NCBI GenBank assembly: GCA_963699925.1
Contig: CAVOVT010000007.1
Span: 368,173 to 432,172, forward strand
Direction of reading: 5' to 3'
Source of the DNA: an uncultured Gammaproteobacteria bacterium
GTDB lineage: Bacteria; Pseudomonadota; Gammaproteobacteria; Steroidobacterales; Rariloculaceae
Length of the DNA: 64,000 bases
The notes under the pieces were generated by a model. That model was not told the DNA's origin. It was given only the letters and a program-made list of their open reading frames with translations, and searched no databases. Shown in pieces: positions 63,115 to 64,000 of this stretch. Position 1 is the first letter of the stretch. Each line of letters begins with the position of its first letter. A program made the position numbers and the translations under genes.

Positions 63115-64000
63115 CCGCAGTCCGCCCGCATCTTGCTCACCGGGACCGAACGCGAGCCAGAGGTACGCCCCGATCGCGCGCGCGTGCGTCGCGGTGCTGG
63201 CCGCACTCGCGCTCGGCGGAGCAGCCGCGGCCGAGCGACCGTTCAAGGTGCCACGCACGTCCGACAGGCAGCCCGACCTGCAGGGCTATTGGACGAACAA
63301 CACGGTCGTGCCGTTGCAGCGGCCCGCCGCCTACGCAGATCGCGCCGAGCTCACCGAGGATGAGGCGCGCGCGCGCCTCGACAAGGCGCTCGCGCCGGCC
63401 GAAGTCGAGGCCGGCACCGATCAGGACGTGCACTACGACCTCAGCGACTATGGCCTCGACATCACGCAGCGCAAGATGAACGTCGATACGCGGACCGCGC
63501 TGATCGTCGATCCGCCCGATGGCAAGCTGCCGCCGCCGAAGCCCGAGGCGGCCGCGCGCGCGAAGGAGCGCGCGGACTACACGCGCGCGCACGCGTACGA
63601 CAGCGCGCAGATGCTGGGGCTCTCGGTGCGCTGCATCGTCTGGCCTCACGAGGGCCCGCCGATCATGCCGACCGGCTACAACAGCAACCTCGAGATCTAT
63701 CAGTCGCGGGGCTACGTGACCATCATCACCGAGATGATGCCCGACCCGCGGATCGTGCCGCTCGACGGCCGCCCTCACCTGTCGAGCGGCGTGAAGCAAT
63801 GGCTCGGCGATTCGCGCGGCCATTGGGATGGCAACGCGCTCGTGATCGAGACCACGAACTACTCGGGCCGCACTCAAGTGCCCGGCACGCCGGCGGGGCT
63901 GCTGCTCACTCCCGACGCGCGCGTCACGGAGCGCATCGAGCGCACGGGCGCCGACACGCTGCGCTATCGCTTCACGGTCGAGGACAAGAACCTCTGGGAC
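63095..64000 (+). CDS. uncharacterised secreted protein, paralogue P4 (3' end off window)
   Basis: I translated it by hand. It starts MRRRLADRS...ARACVAVLAALALGGAAAA. It has PDLQGYWTNN, SVRCIVWPHEGPPIMPTGY and SRGHWDGNALVIETTN. It is open through position 64000, so it is absent from the ORF track. It overlaps the P3 end by 20 nt. Confidence 0.7.
   Translation, partial: MRRRLADRSPPASCSPGPNASQRYAPIARACVAVLAALALGGAAAAERPFKVPRTSDRQPDLQGYWTNNTVVPLQRPAAYADRAELTEDEARARLDKALAPAEVEAGTDQDVHYDLSDYGLDITQRKMNVDTRTALIVDPPDGKLPPPKPEAAARAKERADYTRAHAYDSAQMLGLSVRCIVWPHEGPPIMPTGYNSNLEIYQSRGYVTIITEMMPDPRIVPLDGRPHLSSGVKQWLGDSRGHWDGNALVIETTNYSGRTQVPGTPAGLLLTPDARVTERIERTGADTLRYRFTVEDKNLWD

Noticed and set aside
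1-64000. I searched by eye for CRISPR arrays, rRNA or tRNA genes, IS elements, phage or integrase genes, and known defence-system genes.
   Set aside because: I found no regularly spaced repeats, rRNA or tRNA signatures, or recognisable transposase, integrase, nuclease or defence proteins. This manual scan cannot exclude small or diverged elements.

Overview
The window is very GC-rich, about 70% G+C by eye (not computed). It looks like chromosomal DNA from a proteobacterium, based on opgGH, rlpA with a SPOR domain, slyX, uup and pobA. I call about 50 protein-coding genes. I found no rRNA, tRNA, CRISPR array, transposase or integrase. Because of the GC content, most long ORFs in the six-frame track are antisense or out-of-frame shadows, so I chose genes by recognisable protein sequence.

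Many genes can only be reconstructed by hopping between ORF-track frames. These single-nucleotide frame breaks come in blocks: dense at 4.4-6.8, 14-27.5, 32.3-35.6 and 53-61 kb, and absent at 35.6-38.7, 39.5-44.5 and 46.7-53.2 kb. Uncorrected indel errors are the most likely cause, and real pseudogenisation is the alternative. Coordinates of broken genes are reconstructions.

Gene content:
- two DUF1592/DUF1552 (HxxSHH) pairs and two secreted ankyrin proteins
- four paralogues of an uncharacterised secreted protein, two of them followed by a DUF6152 gene
- a glycoside-hydrolase cluster (GH3, GH144 beta-1,2-glucanase-like, GH15, GH36-like), with opgGH also in the window
- a double retropepsin-TPR protein start/stop-coupled to a Tat sulfatase
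- a bactofilin operon
- assorted housekeeping genes

The most interesting signal is a facing pair of paralogous SbmA/BacA-type TMD-NBD transporters (13.8-15.6 kb and 20.6-22.5 kb).
- Walker A is intact, but the signature motif, Walker B glutamate and H-loop are all degenerate in both copies.
- Each copy is coupled by an ATGA stop/start overlap to a hydrolase-like gene. One of these is an S15/CocE-NonD-like protein whose nucleophile serine reads glycine.
- Each copy is preceded by a conserved 26-codon ORF exactly 79 nt upstream of the main ATG.

All family assignments come from reading the sequence by eye. No searches were run.
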